A DNA stretch of 64,000 nucleotides from Mobula hypostoma (lineage: Eukaryota), in NCBI RefSeq assembly GCF_963921235.1, contig NC_086097.1, positions 80,230,001 to 80,294,000 of the forward strand. Reading direction: 5' to 3'. Positions 39,080-51,714 of the stretch are shown here, piece after piece (position 1 is the first letter of the stretch; every line of letters starts with the position of its first letter). Position numbers and translations under genes: made by a program. The notes under the pieces are model-generated. The model was not told where the DNA came from. It did not search any database and saw nothing but the letters and a program-made list of their open reading frames with translations.

Positions 39080-40630
39080 AGTGAATAAGCACTGGGGCCT
39101 GACAGAATATTCCCCAGGCTGCTCCACAAGGCAAGGGAAGAGATTGCTGAGCCTCTGGCTAGGATCTTCATGTCCTCACTGTCTACAGGAATGGTACCGG
39201 AGGATTGGAGGGAGGTGAGTGTTGTCCCCTTGTTCAAAAAAGGTAGTAGGGATAGTCCGGGTAATTAAAGACCAGTGAGCCTTATGTCTCTGGTGGGAAA
39301 GCTGTTGGAAAAGATTCTCAGAGATAGGATCTATGGGCATTTAGAGAATCATGGTCTGATCGGGGACAGTCAGCATGGCTTTGTGAAGGGCAGATCGTGT
39401 CTAACAAGCCTGATAGAGTTCTTTGAGGAGGTGACCAGGCATATAGATGAGGGTAGTGCAGTGGATGTGATCTATATGGATTTTAGTAAGGCATTTGACA
39501 AGGTTCCACACGGTAGGCTTATACAGAAAGCCAGAAGGCATGGGATCCAGGGAAGTTTGGCCGGGTGGATTCAGAATTGGCTTGCCTGCAGAAGGCAGAG
39601 GGTCGTGGTGGAGGGAGTACATTCGGATTGGAGGGTTGTGACTAGTGGTGTCCCACAAGGATTGGTTCTGGGACCTCTACTTTTCATGATTATTATTAAC
39701 GACCTGGTTGTGGGGGTGGAAGGGTGGGTTGGCAAGTTTGCAGACGACACAAAGGTTGGTGGTGTTGTAGAGAGTGTAGAGGATTGTCAAAGATTGCAGA
39801 GAGACATTGATAGGTTGCAGAAGTGGGCTGAGAAGTGGCAGATGGAGTTTAACCCGGAGAAGTGTGAGGTGGTACACTTTGGAAGGACAAACTCCAAGGC
39901 AGAGTACAAAGTAAATGGCAGGATACTTGGTAGTGTGGAGGAGCAGAGGGATCTCGGGGTACATGTCCACAGATCCCTGTAAGTTGCCTCACAGGTGGAT
40001 AGGGTAGTTAAGAAAGCTTATGGGTGTTAGCTTTCATAAGTCGGGGGATAGAGTTTAAGAGTCACGAGGTAATGATGCAGCTCTATGAAACTCTGGTTAG
40101 ACCACACTTGGAGTACTGTGTCTAGTTCTGGTTGCCTCACTATAGGAAGGATGTGGAAGCATTAGAAAGGGTACAGAGGAGATTTACCAGGATGCTGCCT
40201 GGTTTAGAGAGTATGAATTATGATCAGAGATTAAGGGAGCTAGGGCTTTACTCTTCGGAGAGAAGGAGGATGAGAGGAGACATGATAGAGGTATACAAGA
40301 TATTAAGAGGAATAAATAGAGTGGATAGCCAGCGCCTCTTCCCTAGGGCACCACTGCTCAATACAAGGGGACATGGCTTGAAGGTAAGGGGTAGGAAGTT
40401 CAAGGGGGATATTAGAGGAAGGTTTTTTACTCAGAGAATGGTTGGTGCGTGGAATGCACTGCCTGAGTCAGTGGTGGAGGCAGATACACTAGTGAAGTTT
40501 AAGACACTACTAGACAGGTATATGGAGGAATTTAAGATGGGATGTTATATGGGAGGCAAGGTTTGAGGGTCGGCACAACAATGTGGACTGAAGGGCCTGT
40601 ACTGTGCTGTACTATTCTATGTTCTATGTT
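39080..40630 (+). mobile_element. Relatively young CR1, 5'-truncated
   Basis: Long open frames QHGFVKGRSCLTSL..YMDFSKAFDKVPH..PQG..KFADDTK; (TTCTATG)n tail; nearly identical to 52624-53505. Confidence 0.95.
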
Positions 40631-41429
40631 AAGTCAGCCCGCCATCTTCAGATACTGAGACCAAAGGATCATTGGGAGACATGGAGGTGTGTGATGGTTC
40701 CTCCCTTACTCCTCAACTCCACAGAGCTCACTAAACCTCCCAGAAAGGACAGCAGGAAATCTGTGATTAATATTCCTAATATTGTTGTGCTGAGAACAAT
40801 GCAGGAGTGCTGGAAAATCTGGAACTCTCTACGGAGATTTGTGAGGTGAAGAACATTGTTTGAAATGCTTCTGACTCAACCCCACTTATGACTTCATTAA
40901 TTACTGCACTGACGTTATCTGCTTTCACTCTTCAGTGCTGTACAGTCATAGCACCACGTCACAACCAAAGGTGTGGATAGTTGTAGGCTTATGAATGCTT
41001 TTTAAAAGGTATTGAATGGGCACTTAAGAGGAAATTGTTTCCTGGGCAACAGGATAAATGTAGGTGAATGGGTTGGGGTAGATTGCCCTTCAGGGAGCAA
41101 GTATGGCTTTGCCTTGTTATGATGCTTCTCTGACTTCTGCTCAAAGACTGGACTGATACAAATTCCTGCCACTGGAACTAACCATTAAAACCACACACAC
41201 TGCAAGATATGCTCCAAGCATCGCGTAAGATCCCCACTATCACTTCCTTCTCTCTTGCGAAAGTTGGTTTTGGGTTCCAGTGGGAAATCAACCCATCCTC
41301 TCAGCTGATGAGGGCACCTTAACAAAACGGACTGGCGTATGAAAAGCTGTGAGTACAGGCGACACTGAGGAGCAGAATGCACACTGTTTCTGTACACTTG
41401 ATCACAAGGTTAGCAAGTCACGTCATTGT

Positions 41430-41660
41430 AAAGACAAGGGATTTTGCAGATGCTGGAAATCCGGAGTAAAACATACAAAACGTTGGTGGAACTCAGCAGA
41501 TCAGGTGGCATCTATGGAAATGAATAAACATTTGAAGGTCTGGTCTGAGACCCTTCTTCAGGTCTGAAGAAGAAAGGGGAAGAAGCCAGGATAGAAGGTG
41601 AGGGAAGGGAGGGAGTACAAGTTCAAAGGTGAAAGGTGATACATCAAGCCAGGTGGGTGT
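41430..41660 (-). repeat. Degenerate Penelope pLTR
   Basis: GCAGATGCTGGAAAT..GAGACCCTTCTTCAGG. Confidence 0.65.
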
Positions 41661-44571
41661 ACAGTTGTTTGTGCTGTTTTCATGTTGCCTTTCTGTAGTT
41701 CATAGATGAAATGCCCAAATCTCCCTGAAAAAACATTTAATAATTGCTCTCTATTTTAAAACAAATATTCTTCTTTTCTATATTCTTTTGTAGAATAACC
41801 TCACACTTATTTTCCCTGCTATCTTTGTTCTAATCTGTTTATATCCCTTTGAAATCTCTCTGCCTCTTTTCCACCCAACTCTGCAATGTCAGCAGTCTTG
41901 GATATCTGTCCCATCATCAAAATCAGTTGTTTTCAATCCACATTAATGATACCCCAGTTGCCCACTATTAGGAATGCCAACCTGACCGTGATCTGTTTAT
42001 TTCTCCTGTCTTTTATTCTGAAAACATAAATATACGACGCCTGCTATTTTCTCTGTGAGTTACACCTAAAAGTTAATTCTTTTAACAATTTCCCACTCAA
42101 TTTCTATTTTATAAAGCCAAGTTAACTCTGCTGATGTTTTCTTGGTGCCCTGTTAATTCTTACTTAATGATAGAGTTCAGCACTTTGCAAAGAGTTGACT
42201 CACCAGGCTGATGAGGAAGGAGGTACAGGTGGGTGTCATGGGAGGCAGCTCCTTGCAGGGTATTGTTGCACACCATTTAGCCTGTACAGCAGCCTCGGGT
42301 GACCCACTGCCTCTGCATTTTGCTAAGCGGAGTCCTCCTGCTTGGCAAAATCCTGCATGAACTCCGTGGACATAATCTGGGTTGTTAATGCAGGATTTTG
42401 CAACCTGAGGACTCCAGCTTTAGTTTGTGGCAAAGATTTTACATTGAGGTCGGAGTGTATTCAGTCGAGAATCTGCAACTGGCTCCATCAGCAAAGTAAT
42501 GCATCTCAGTGTGTTAGAAAATATTATTATAACTCCTATGGCTTATTTGGCAATGAATCTTATTAGTGTAGAAACTCAGATAGCTGCCGATTTAGATGTG
42601 AGGATTATTCTGGGAGCTTGAGGAAGCACAGCACACTATGCAAAAAAGGCTGTCAGAGCAACACATCACAACAGCTTTCATGTGTGGCAGAAGCAATGGC
42701 TCCATGGGAGAGGGGCTTACTGTCCTCTCCAAGGCTGGGATTATGCCTGCTCCCTGCTTGATGCTGCACAAGAGCTGTTGCTGGAGCCAGTCTCTCAGCC
42801 AGCTCAGATTCACACCAGCGCTGCTGAAAGGCTTAACCATCAGCAGGTCTGATCAGCTCTGGAGCTCTTTGATGAAGTTCCTTCATTCAGTCCGGCCGAT
42901 GGAGTAGAAGCTCTAAAGCCGGTGACTGAAACTATAGACACTGAGTAATCACCTTTTGGAACACCAGTATGGAGAAGGGAACATGAAAAACAAAGAAACA
43001 CTGCATGATGATCATTATTAATGCTTTTGACAGGGCAGATTTATTTGATAAACGCCTGTTGTTCTGGATTCAGTTTGGCATTTGTCTTCATTGTGAAGTG
43101 ATGGAAAGTAAGTCTCCAGTACGAGGAATGGAAAGCAGAGCAAGGAAGATGAATGCTCAAGAGTGATTGAAAACAGCTAGGATGCAACTGAGGCCAAGCG
43201 GAAGTGTTAAACATGCCTGTACGGAAACAGCAAGATCCCTTTAGAGAGGATCTTTTAATGGTGCGCTCAGCAACCCCAGCGGCTGGGCAGTGAGAGTTGT
43301 TGCAGCTGAAAATGGAAAATAGGTCCCCCAGAAAGCTGGTCTCCATGGATTTACTTCATCACTGATTGCTACTGTCATGACACAGCGCGAGTGCTTTGAT
43401 CAATGTGGCAGGGGTGTTACTTCTTATCTGTTGTTTGGGGCTTGGAAAGCAGCCTGGTTTCTGAAATATCGACATCACCTGACCTAAGTTCCAGCCTAAT
43501 GTATTTTCCAGCGACCTTAAATCTCGTGGACAGGGTCTTGCAGCATGAACAATATCCCAAGGTGCACTTTGTCACCCTAAATATCAGAACAGTTCTCATC
43601 CGAAACTCAGGGCCTTTGATTCAAAGCATTTGAAATGAAAACAGGACTGATTTTTCTTTAAAAAAAGAGATAAATCATTACAAATCATTTGTATACTTTG
43701 AATTATAAATGATTTGAAGCTTATTTTTCTCAATCAAAATTCAAGATGGATATGAAGAGTTTTTCAGTCTATGGCAACATAGGGTGGCTACATTGCACCT
43801 AATGCTTTGTCCGATCAGTAACGATTTTAATCTGTTTTGTGGGGTCTGCTCATTGACAATACTTTTCTCACAGAACCTCCATGTTGGGAATGATGCCAGT
43901 TCTCACTCACCAGGAATATGCAGAGTAGGCAGATTCTGACACCAGTCAGTACAGAGCATTAAATCGGCTTCATTGGTGCCGAATTAGACATGAATGATAT
44001 AGGTATCACCATCTGTTTAACACGGCTGGAAACTAGCATTCAAAGACAGGATAGACCCACCTCTTCCCCCTCCTATCACCCCTAAGGCATCATCTACAGT
44101 ATTTAAAGCAACCATCTATTGCTTGTTGATTGGTTGCTGACTGATTGTTGGTTTGAGCTCTTTTCACTAATTCCAGACTTTAGTGTTAGTCAAACCTGCA
44201 GGGAGTCATTCATTAAGGAGTTGGTGTTCACTTCAAGGCTTCTACAATACTCAGCTGCTCCCAGACAAGTTAACATTCCCCTTACAAAAAGGCATGATAT
44301 ATGGAGAATGAGCAGAGGGAAATCAGAGCAAAGCACTCAGTTAAAGCAGGGGTGGGGGTGGAAGGACAGGAGCTTCACTTCCACCGAGGGGTTCACCTTT
44401 TTAGATAAAATTGATTTAGAAAAGAAGCTCTCAATGAAACAGCTAATTGTGTTCCAGCTACAGCTGTAATTGCAGAGCTGTGGAAGCACTATTCTGCCAA
44501 AGGCTGTCCTGTCAAAGTGCTTGTTAAATTAAGGTTGGAGCTAGAGATATCTGTAACATAACGTTTTTGTT

Positions 44572-44880
44572 GGCGCATGGCCAAGTGGTTAAGGCATTGG
44601 TCTAGTGATCTGAAGGTCACTAGTTCAAGCCTTAGCTGAGGCAGCGTGTTGTGTCCTTGAGCAAGACACTTAACCACACATTGCTCTGCGACAAACACCA
44701 GTGCCAAGCTGTATGGGTCCTAATGCCCTTCCCTTGGACAACATCAGTGGCGTGGAGTGGGGGAGACTTGCAGCATGGGCAACTGCTGGTCTTCCATACA
44801 ACCTTGCCCAGGCCTGCGCCCTGGACACCTTCCAAAGTGCAAATCCATGGTCTCACGAAACTAACGGATGCCTATAAAAA
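44572..44880 (+). mobile_element. tRNA-derived SINE with a CORE-like domain
   Basis: A box TGGCCAAGTGG; B-box-like AGTTCAAGCC; GTGTCCTTGAGCAAGACACTTAACC; A-rich end. Confidence 0.85.
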
Positions 44881-46965
44881 CAGTTTTTCGTAATGTCATA
44901 CAGTATAGAAGCAGGCCACTCAGTCCACCATTTTCGTGATAAACATCAAGTACCCATCCATACCAATGGCATTTTCCAGCAGTTGGTGCGAAGTCTTCCA
45001 AACTTTAGAGAATCCTGTCTAGAGAGTCACTGCCTGCACCTACTGTACAAGAGAAGTCACTGATATGCTCCAATCCAAGGCAGATGAGCAGATCTTGTCT
45101 GTCTCTCGGGAGAGCCGAAATGAGCACATGGCTCCAGCAGACGGTTGGAGTTTGCCCCACTGGTGGCACCTGCGTCAACATGGAGGGGAGCAACAGACAA
45201 TATCACAAATTTTAAGCTGGTGTGCTCATGTCACTGGGGCTATGTGGTTGAAGAAAAGTCATTTTAATTGGCTTTAGGAATGCACTGTGCACCATATTAA
45301 TCTAAGTGCAGAGTCCATGCAGCATCACCAAGTGTTTATGTTATGGCCAGCTGCACTACCGTTAGTTCCTGGCCAGGCATAACAAAAGGGAAGCACTTGG
45401 GCCTACATTCTCAAGAGTTTAGTTAAAAGAGAGGCAATCCTAGTGAAATGTACAACATGTACAAGCAGAGGTTGAGAACACAGGAGAAGTTACTTGTGGA
45501 GTTTAGCACCAGATTTAAAAAGTCAGTGAGGCCTATCTTCAGAGCCTGAGATTGCAGGAACAGTGACTTGTGAAGTTCAGCGCCAGATTTATAAAGTGAG
45601 TGGAGCCTGTTGGCACTTCCTGCAGAGCTTGGGATCATTTAGGTTATTAGACACTTGGCAAGGGCCAATAAAAACAAGTTAAGTTTAAACGGAGCTGCCA
45701 TTGTATAAATTGGACAAAGTTAGTGTGGGGAACTGAGCCTCTTGATCCAAAGACTTCGGCAAGGAGAAGGAAGAGGCTAGGTTGAGGTTTTTTTGTCAAA
45801 ATTTCACTTTTTTTCTTTATTGGTGCCCAGATAGAGTAGCGAAGGTGAATCCTAGATTACTGATGTGCTCCCCATGCAAGCTGCGGAAAATCTGGGAGAT
45901 CTCCTGCCTCCCTGAGTGCTGCACCTGCAAGTGGCGCATCCGGGTGTTGCTCCTGACAGACTGTGTTAGGGAACTGGAGCTCCAGCTGGATGACCTTTGC
46001 CTCATTTAGGAGAATGAGCAGCTAAGAGCTTTCCTTTTGATATGTCTGGCCACAAAATAAACACCCAGTGCCACGGCCTGGAATCTGTACCTGGATTAGA
46101 TGCACAGCACATTCCTTTTAGATAGTAGCTGCAGGGTGGTTGTCATACCTGGGCTGGAGGAAACAGGTAGCTGGGTAACTGTCAGGAGAGGGAAAATCGG
46201 CAGAGCAGTGTACCCCTGTGGCTATCCCCCTCAACAACACGCAGAACACTTTGGATATTGTTGGGGGGGGGTGGTGGGGAAATGACCAACCAAGAAAAAG
46301 CTGCAGTGACCAAGTCTCTGGCGCTGAGTCTGGCTCTGTGGCTTTGAAAGTAAGGTGGGGGAAGAGGAGGGTGATGGAGATAGGGGATTGAATAATCAGG
46401 GGAACAAAAAGGAGATTTTGTAGATGTGGAAGAGACTCCTGGATGGTATGCTGTCTCCTAGTTGCCAGGGTCAGGGAGGTCTCAGATTGGGTCCACAGGG
46501 AGAGCGTGTGCAGCCAGAAATTATGTACATATAGCTACCAATGACACTGGTAGGAAAAGGGATCAGGGCCTGAAGAGGGAATATAGGAAACCATGTGGGA
46601 AGCTAAAAAGCAGGAACGCAAGGGTAGTGATCTCCGGATTGCTGCCTTTGTCACATGCCAATGAATAGGATGACTTGCCAATTGACTGTATGGCTGTAGA
46701 ATTGGTGCAGGGGACATAGATCATAGAGATCTCTTCTGGTGGAGGTACAACCTGTACAAAAGGGAGGTGTTATATCTGAACTTGAGGGGGATCAATATCT
46801 TTGTGGGCAGGTGTGCTAGATCTGTGCTGGAGGGTTTAAATTGGGTTGGCAAGGTGACGGGAACCAGAATGGTAGGTAATAGAATGGAGCAGTTGGTGCA
46901 AACGTAGATACAGTGTGTAGAGACACTGAGAGGAAGGATAGGCTATCGATAGGGCATAACTACTG

Positions 46966-47218
46966 GTGGTGCAATAGAATCAGCGCCGGGCTACAGAGCG
47001 AAGGCTCCCGAGTTCAAATCCAAGTCGGGCCACCCCCCCGAGCATGCTTTCCATCCATGTCGAGTTGAACGTCGAGCTAGCCACTCGGCCTCGTAAAAAA
47101 AAAAGGGTCGCGTCAGGAACGTTCATATTGTGACCCAGTCAATCCGAAAGGAGACCAATCCTGACACCACGTGCCAGACAAGAATGACTGACTGTCTGGT
47201 GTGACACACTAAAAAAAA
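46966..47218 (+). mobile_element. tRNA-derived SINE containing an HDV-like fold
   Basis: A-box-like TGGTGCAATAG; B box GAGTTCAAATCC; poly-A end; flanked by AACTA. Confidence 0.75.
47105..47167 (+). ncRNA. Candidate HDV/CPEB3-like ribozyme (P1 short, possibly inactive)
   Basis: P1 GGGTC/GACCC; P2 GTCAGGA/TCCTGAC; P3 ACG/TGT; L3 TTCATAT; P4 TCC-GAAA-GGA; J4/2 (A)CCAA. Confidence 0.6.
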
Positions 47219-47543
47219 CTATGATATTGTTGCTATTATGGAGACTTGGAGCATCAGTCGGGCAGGAAAGGTTGCTAGATGCTCTTGGGTTTAGATGTTA
47301 CAAAGGGGACAGAGAGGGATTTAAAAGAAGCAGGCAAGTTTGCATTGCTAATCATGGATGGTATCACAGCTACTGAAAGTGAGGATGTTGTGCTGGGATT
47401 GTCTACTGAGTCAGTGTGGGTGATAGTCAGAAATAGGCAGGGAGCAATCACACTTTTATGACCATTCTGAGGGTTCCCTCAATAGTAACAGAGATTAAGA
47501 GGCAGGTTTTGTCAAGATGCAAAATTAACAGGCTGTTGTCATG

Positions 47544-47669
47544 CAACACGAGGAAATCTACAGATGCTGGAAATTCAAGCAACACACATAAAATGCTGGT
47601 AGAACACAGCAGGCCAAGCAGCATCTATAGGAAGAGGTACAGTCAACGTTTTGGGCCGAGACCCTTCGT
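47544..47669 (-). mobile_element. Short Penelope pLTR insertion with a mutated hammerhead
   Basis: TSD CAGGCTGTTGTCATG at 47529-47543 and 47670-47684; minus strand CTGACGA..CCC-AAAAC (G12 lost). Confidence 0.85.
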
Positions 47670-49578
47670 CAGGCTGTTGTCATGGATGACTTCCACATTC
47701 CTAATATTGATTGGCACCTCCTTAGTGCAAAAGGTTTAGACTGGGGCAGAACTTGTTATGTGTATACAGGAAGGATTCCTGATGCAATTCCTAGACAGGC
47801 CGACTAGAGGAGAGGCCAATACTGGATCTCGGGCTTGGCACTGAACCTGGTCAGCTGTCAGATCTCTCAGTGGGTGAGCATTCTGGAGAGAAAAAAAACA
47901 CAACTCCCTGACCATTACCATTTGCTTTTGGAGAGAGAAAAGAGCAGATGGGTATGGAAAGCATGTAATTAAGAGAGGGGGAATTATGATGCAGGAACTT
48001 GGAAGCATAAATTGCAACAGATGTACTCAGGGAAATACACAACAGAAATGTGAAGGTTATTTAGGGAACACTTGCATGGGGTTCTGAATAGGTTTGTCCC
48101 AATGATGCAGGGAAAGGAACCATGTCTGACAAGAAATATGGAACATCTGGTTAGAGAAAGAAGAAGCAGAATTAAGTTTTAGGAAGCAAGGATCATACAG
48201 AGCTTTAGAGAATTACAGAGTAGTGAGGAAGGAGCCTAAGAATGGACTTAGGAGAGCTAGAAGTGGACATGAGAAAGTCTTGATGAGTAGGATTAGGGAA
48301 AACCCCGTCAGTCTACATATGAAGAGCAGAAGGATGACTAGAATGAAGGTTGGATTGATCAGAGGTAAAAGAGGAAACATATACCTGGAGTCAGAGGAGG
48401 GAGGGGAGGTCCTTAATGAATACTTTGCTTCAGTATTCTCCCACAAGAGGGATCTTGACAAATTTTAGGGTAGCATAGGATGGGCCATTATGCTGAAACA
48501 TGTAGATATTAAGAAAGAGGATGTGCTGGAATTTTGGAAAAACGTTAGTATAGATAAGCCTTTGGGGTGAAACAGGATACACCCCAGATTACCACGGAAA
48601 GAGATCACTGCACCTTGGTGATGATCTTTGCATCCTCGTTGGGCACAGCACTAGTAGCAGAAGATTGGAGGTTGGCAAATGTTATTCCTTTCTTCAAGAA
48701 AGGTAATAAGGATAACCCTGGGAATTATAGACCAGTGAATAGGTCAGTGATAGGCAAACTATTGGAGAGGATTCTTCGAGACAGGACTTACGAGCATTTG
48801 GAGAAGCATAGTCTGATAAGGGATAGTCAGCATAGCTTGGTGAGGGGCAGGATGTACCTGACGGGCTGATTGAATTCCTGAGGAAGTGACAAAACAAACT
48901 GATGAAGGCAAAGCAGTGGATGTGGTGCATTTGGATTTTTGTAAAGCATTTGACAAGCTTCCCCATGGTAGGCTTATTCAGAAAGTCAGGAAGAATTGGA
49001 TCAAGGGAAACTTGGCTGTAAGGATTCACAATAGGCTTGACCACAGAAGGCAGAGGTTGGTAGTAGATGGAACGTATTCTGTCCGGAGGTCCATGACTAG
49101 TTGTGACCCTCAGGGATTGGTTCTGGGATTGCAGCTCTTTTAATTTTTATCAAGGACTTGGATGAGGAAATGCAAGGATAGGTTAGTACCAATTGCAGAG
49201 AACACAAAGCTTGGTGGTGTTATGGATTGCATATACGGTTGTTGTAGATTACAATTGGACATTGATAGGTTGAGAAATGGCAGATGTTCAGCCTGGAAAT
49301 GTATGAAGTGATACATTTTGGAAGGCTGGACATGAAGGCAGAGTACAGGGTTAATGGCAGGATTCTTAGCAGTGTGAAGGAATATCGGGGTCTCGAGGTC
49401 CGTGTCCATAGACCCTCAAAGTTACCATGCAAGTTGATAGGGTGGTTAAGAAGGTGTATGGAGTGTTGGCCTTCAGTAGTCAGGGGATTGAGTCTAGCAC
49501 TCGTGAGATAATATTGCAGCTCTGTAAAGCTCTGGTTAGACCACACCTAGCATACTAAGTTCAATTCTGGTTGCCTCA

Positions 49579-50041
49579 CGTTACGGGGAGGCAGATTCGC
49601 AGAGTTGGTAATTGGGTCAGAAGGCACTGAATGCAAGTAAGCATGTTAACTATTTATTTACAAACAAACAAACAGTGGAACACTCAACCAAGCATCTAAG
49701 TCAAACATGTACTTTTCTAAGTCCTCCAAGTTACATAACTACAACATTAAACATTCAACAAACAGGTACTTCATCTCTCTGTGTGCATGGGTCTTCCCAC
49801 CTGCAGCACACTTACCCAATGGTTCTTTAGCCCTCGTCACTGCCCAGTCTGAAGGGAGCCCCTAGCAAAGAAAAAGAGCCCCGCCAGTGCTATTCTTATA
49901 CCTGTCGGGGGGGGGGGGGCCTGAAACTGGAAGCCTCCAACCAATGGGAGAGAGCTGGCACATCAATCAAATGGGCCAATCAGTGACCAGCACGTCGGAA
50001 GCAGCTTTCGACTGGCCGGTAAGTTACCCCTTCACTTTATA
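49579..50041 (-). repeat. ERV 3' LTR
   Basis: Homologous to 58556-59092; preceded on the minus strand by the purine-rich GAAGGGTGAGA; TATAAGAATAG TATA-like box on the minus strand. Confidence 0.85.
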
Positions 50042-50050
50042 TCTCACCCT

Positions 50051-51280
50051 TCAAGAGAGGTGACACTGTGACAATTCGGTCCTCTGGCTAGTATAACTCC
50101 CTTCTAAACAACATATAGAATGCAAAACTACAATACCCAGCACTATAAGCCCAATAGTCCCCACCCAGTGTATTATGGTAGTCCACTTGCTTCCCCCTGG
50201 GGTGTAATAGCTATGGAACATGTCCCTCACTTTCTGAATATCATCCACTGACTGTCAGATGTGATTAATATTCCCTGACTTGTTAAGAATGTAGATGCAG
50301 CATTCTTGACTGATAACAGCACAAGTATCATCTTTCTCTGCGAGCAGGTAATCTAAGGCCATCTGATTCTGCAAGCCAGCCGTTCAAATAGCCATCATTT
50401 TGGCCGATACTCAGATCAGCGCATCCTCCGCGTGGTTAAATGCTATGGCTGTCTCGTTAGGTAGTACCTCTATCACAGGGGTCATACATATCAGTTCCCG
50501 GGACAGTCTGGATGCACCATACCGGGAGAGCTATTATCCAAAGCCTTTATGCCACTGTGATAGCCCTCTTCCTACGCGGACCATCAGGGGCAGGGTGCTC
50601 ATCCAGTGCACTGAAGTGGACTATGTACGACAGCCCATAGCAGCAATCGTAACCCCCTTCCCACGGGGAGCCCTGGGTAGGCCCGGGAGACCCATATCCA
50701 GTAAGTGCTATTCAGTGTCCAGGGAGTGTCACCGCACCGTTCCGCGTAGACGCAGTCATCTCAGGATACTGCTTCACTGTGTCCCACTGACTGGTTGGAC
50801 CTGTGCTTATCACACTGCATACACCAACATACCTTTTCCTTCCTCGTCGGCTGGGCAGTCACTTTCAGAGTCGGGACCTTTGGGTTAAACAAGTCATAAG
50901 TAGGGATACACCAGCCCTTAAAGCACTCACTCCACCGAGGGTCACTAGGCCTCAAGTACTTTAAGGCCGTTACTACACGACAGGGTGAGGATGACTGGAG
51001 TGAACTATTCCCTCCCTGCTCCCCCCAAAACAGAATACCAAAGTCAGTGGAGATGGACAAGTTGCCCCAACAGTCTTTTTCCTTGTCATTAAAGGGGACT
51101 GGTATTGATGGTAACCCGTATGCAGCGTGGGCCGGAGCCCACATACAAACCCAGCAATCCGACATGTTACTCCTGTTTGCATGTTCATTTGCCATCCACA
51201 AGAATGTGTTATAGGAGCTCCCACCGCAGGTTGAGATCATCACCATTGCCGTCAGCATCCATCACTGTGCCATTCCACAG
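50051..51280 (-). pseudogene. env: ERV env pseudogene (gamma-type SU/TM)
   Basis: NTFLWMANEHAN..SDCWVC (CXXC about 51156); furin site RRKR 50576-50565; ISD LQNQMALDYLLA about 50374; CAVISQECC (CX6CC) about 50323-50297; hydrophobic anchor IIHWVGTIGLIVLGIVVL; several stops. Confidence 0.92.
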
Positions 51281-51710
51281 TGTAGGAGGGACAAACTCCT
51301 CCCTCCTGGTTGACCATTGGGTACTTAGACATGTCATTCTCTGTTCCCCTGGTAACACTACCCACTGCCTATTTCCGGGTCCACCTGGCACAATCCCCCA
51401 TGTCCCACTGGCCCTGTGATTGCTGCACCCAAACCTTCCCCAATTCCTTTTCCAACTCCACCTCCTTGAGCTCCGGAGGGTCCGACACTGCTGAACGCTG
51501 CGGTATCAGTGACCCACCCAGTCTCGCTGGCCAGGAGTTCAGGACTCCATCCCTTGCTGCAGCACATCCAGCCACGTCTGGAGGGTATGGGTAGTAGCTT
51601 AACCTGTTACTTCAACGAACCATTCATGTGATCGATCTGTCCTTCCTCCTGTGGGTAATATGGGATGTGAAGCACCCATGAAATGCCAGACTCATCTCTC
51701 TCCAGAAACA
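51281..51710 (-). pseudogene. pol: ERV pol 3' end (integrase core end and C-terminal domain)
   Basis: GISWVLHIPYYPQEEGQIDHMNGSLK, TLQTWLDVLQ..LNSWP and GKVWVQ..GPGNRQWVV resemble ERV-L-type integrase. Confidence 0.8.
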
Positions 51711-51714
51711 AATT

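Noticed and set aside
41185..41410. Possible exon near GTGAGT at about 41349
   Set aside because: All three plus-strand frames after the nearest acceptor contain stops.
44572..44645. tRNA gene
   Set aside because: It continues into a CORE-like body and tail, so it is a SINE head.
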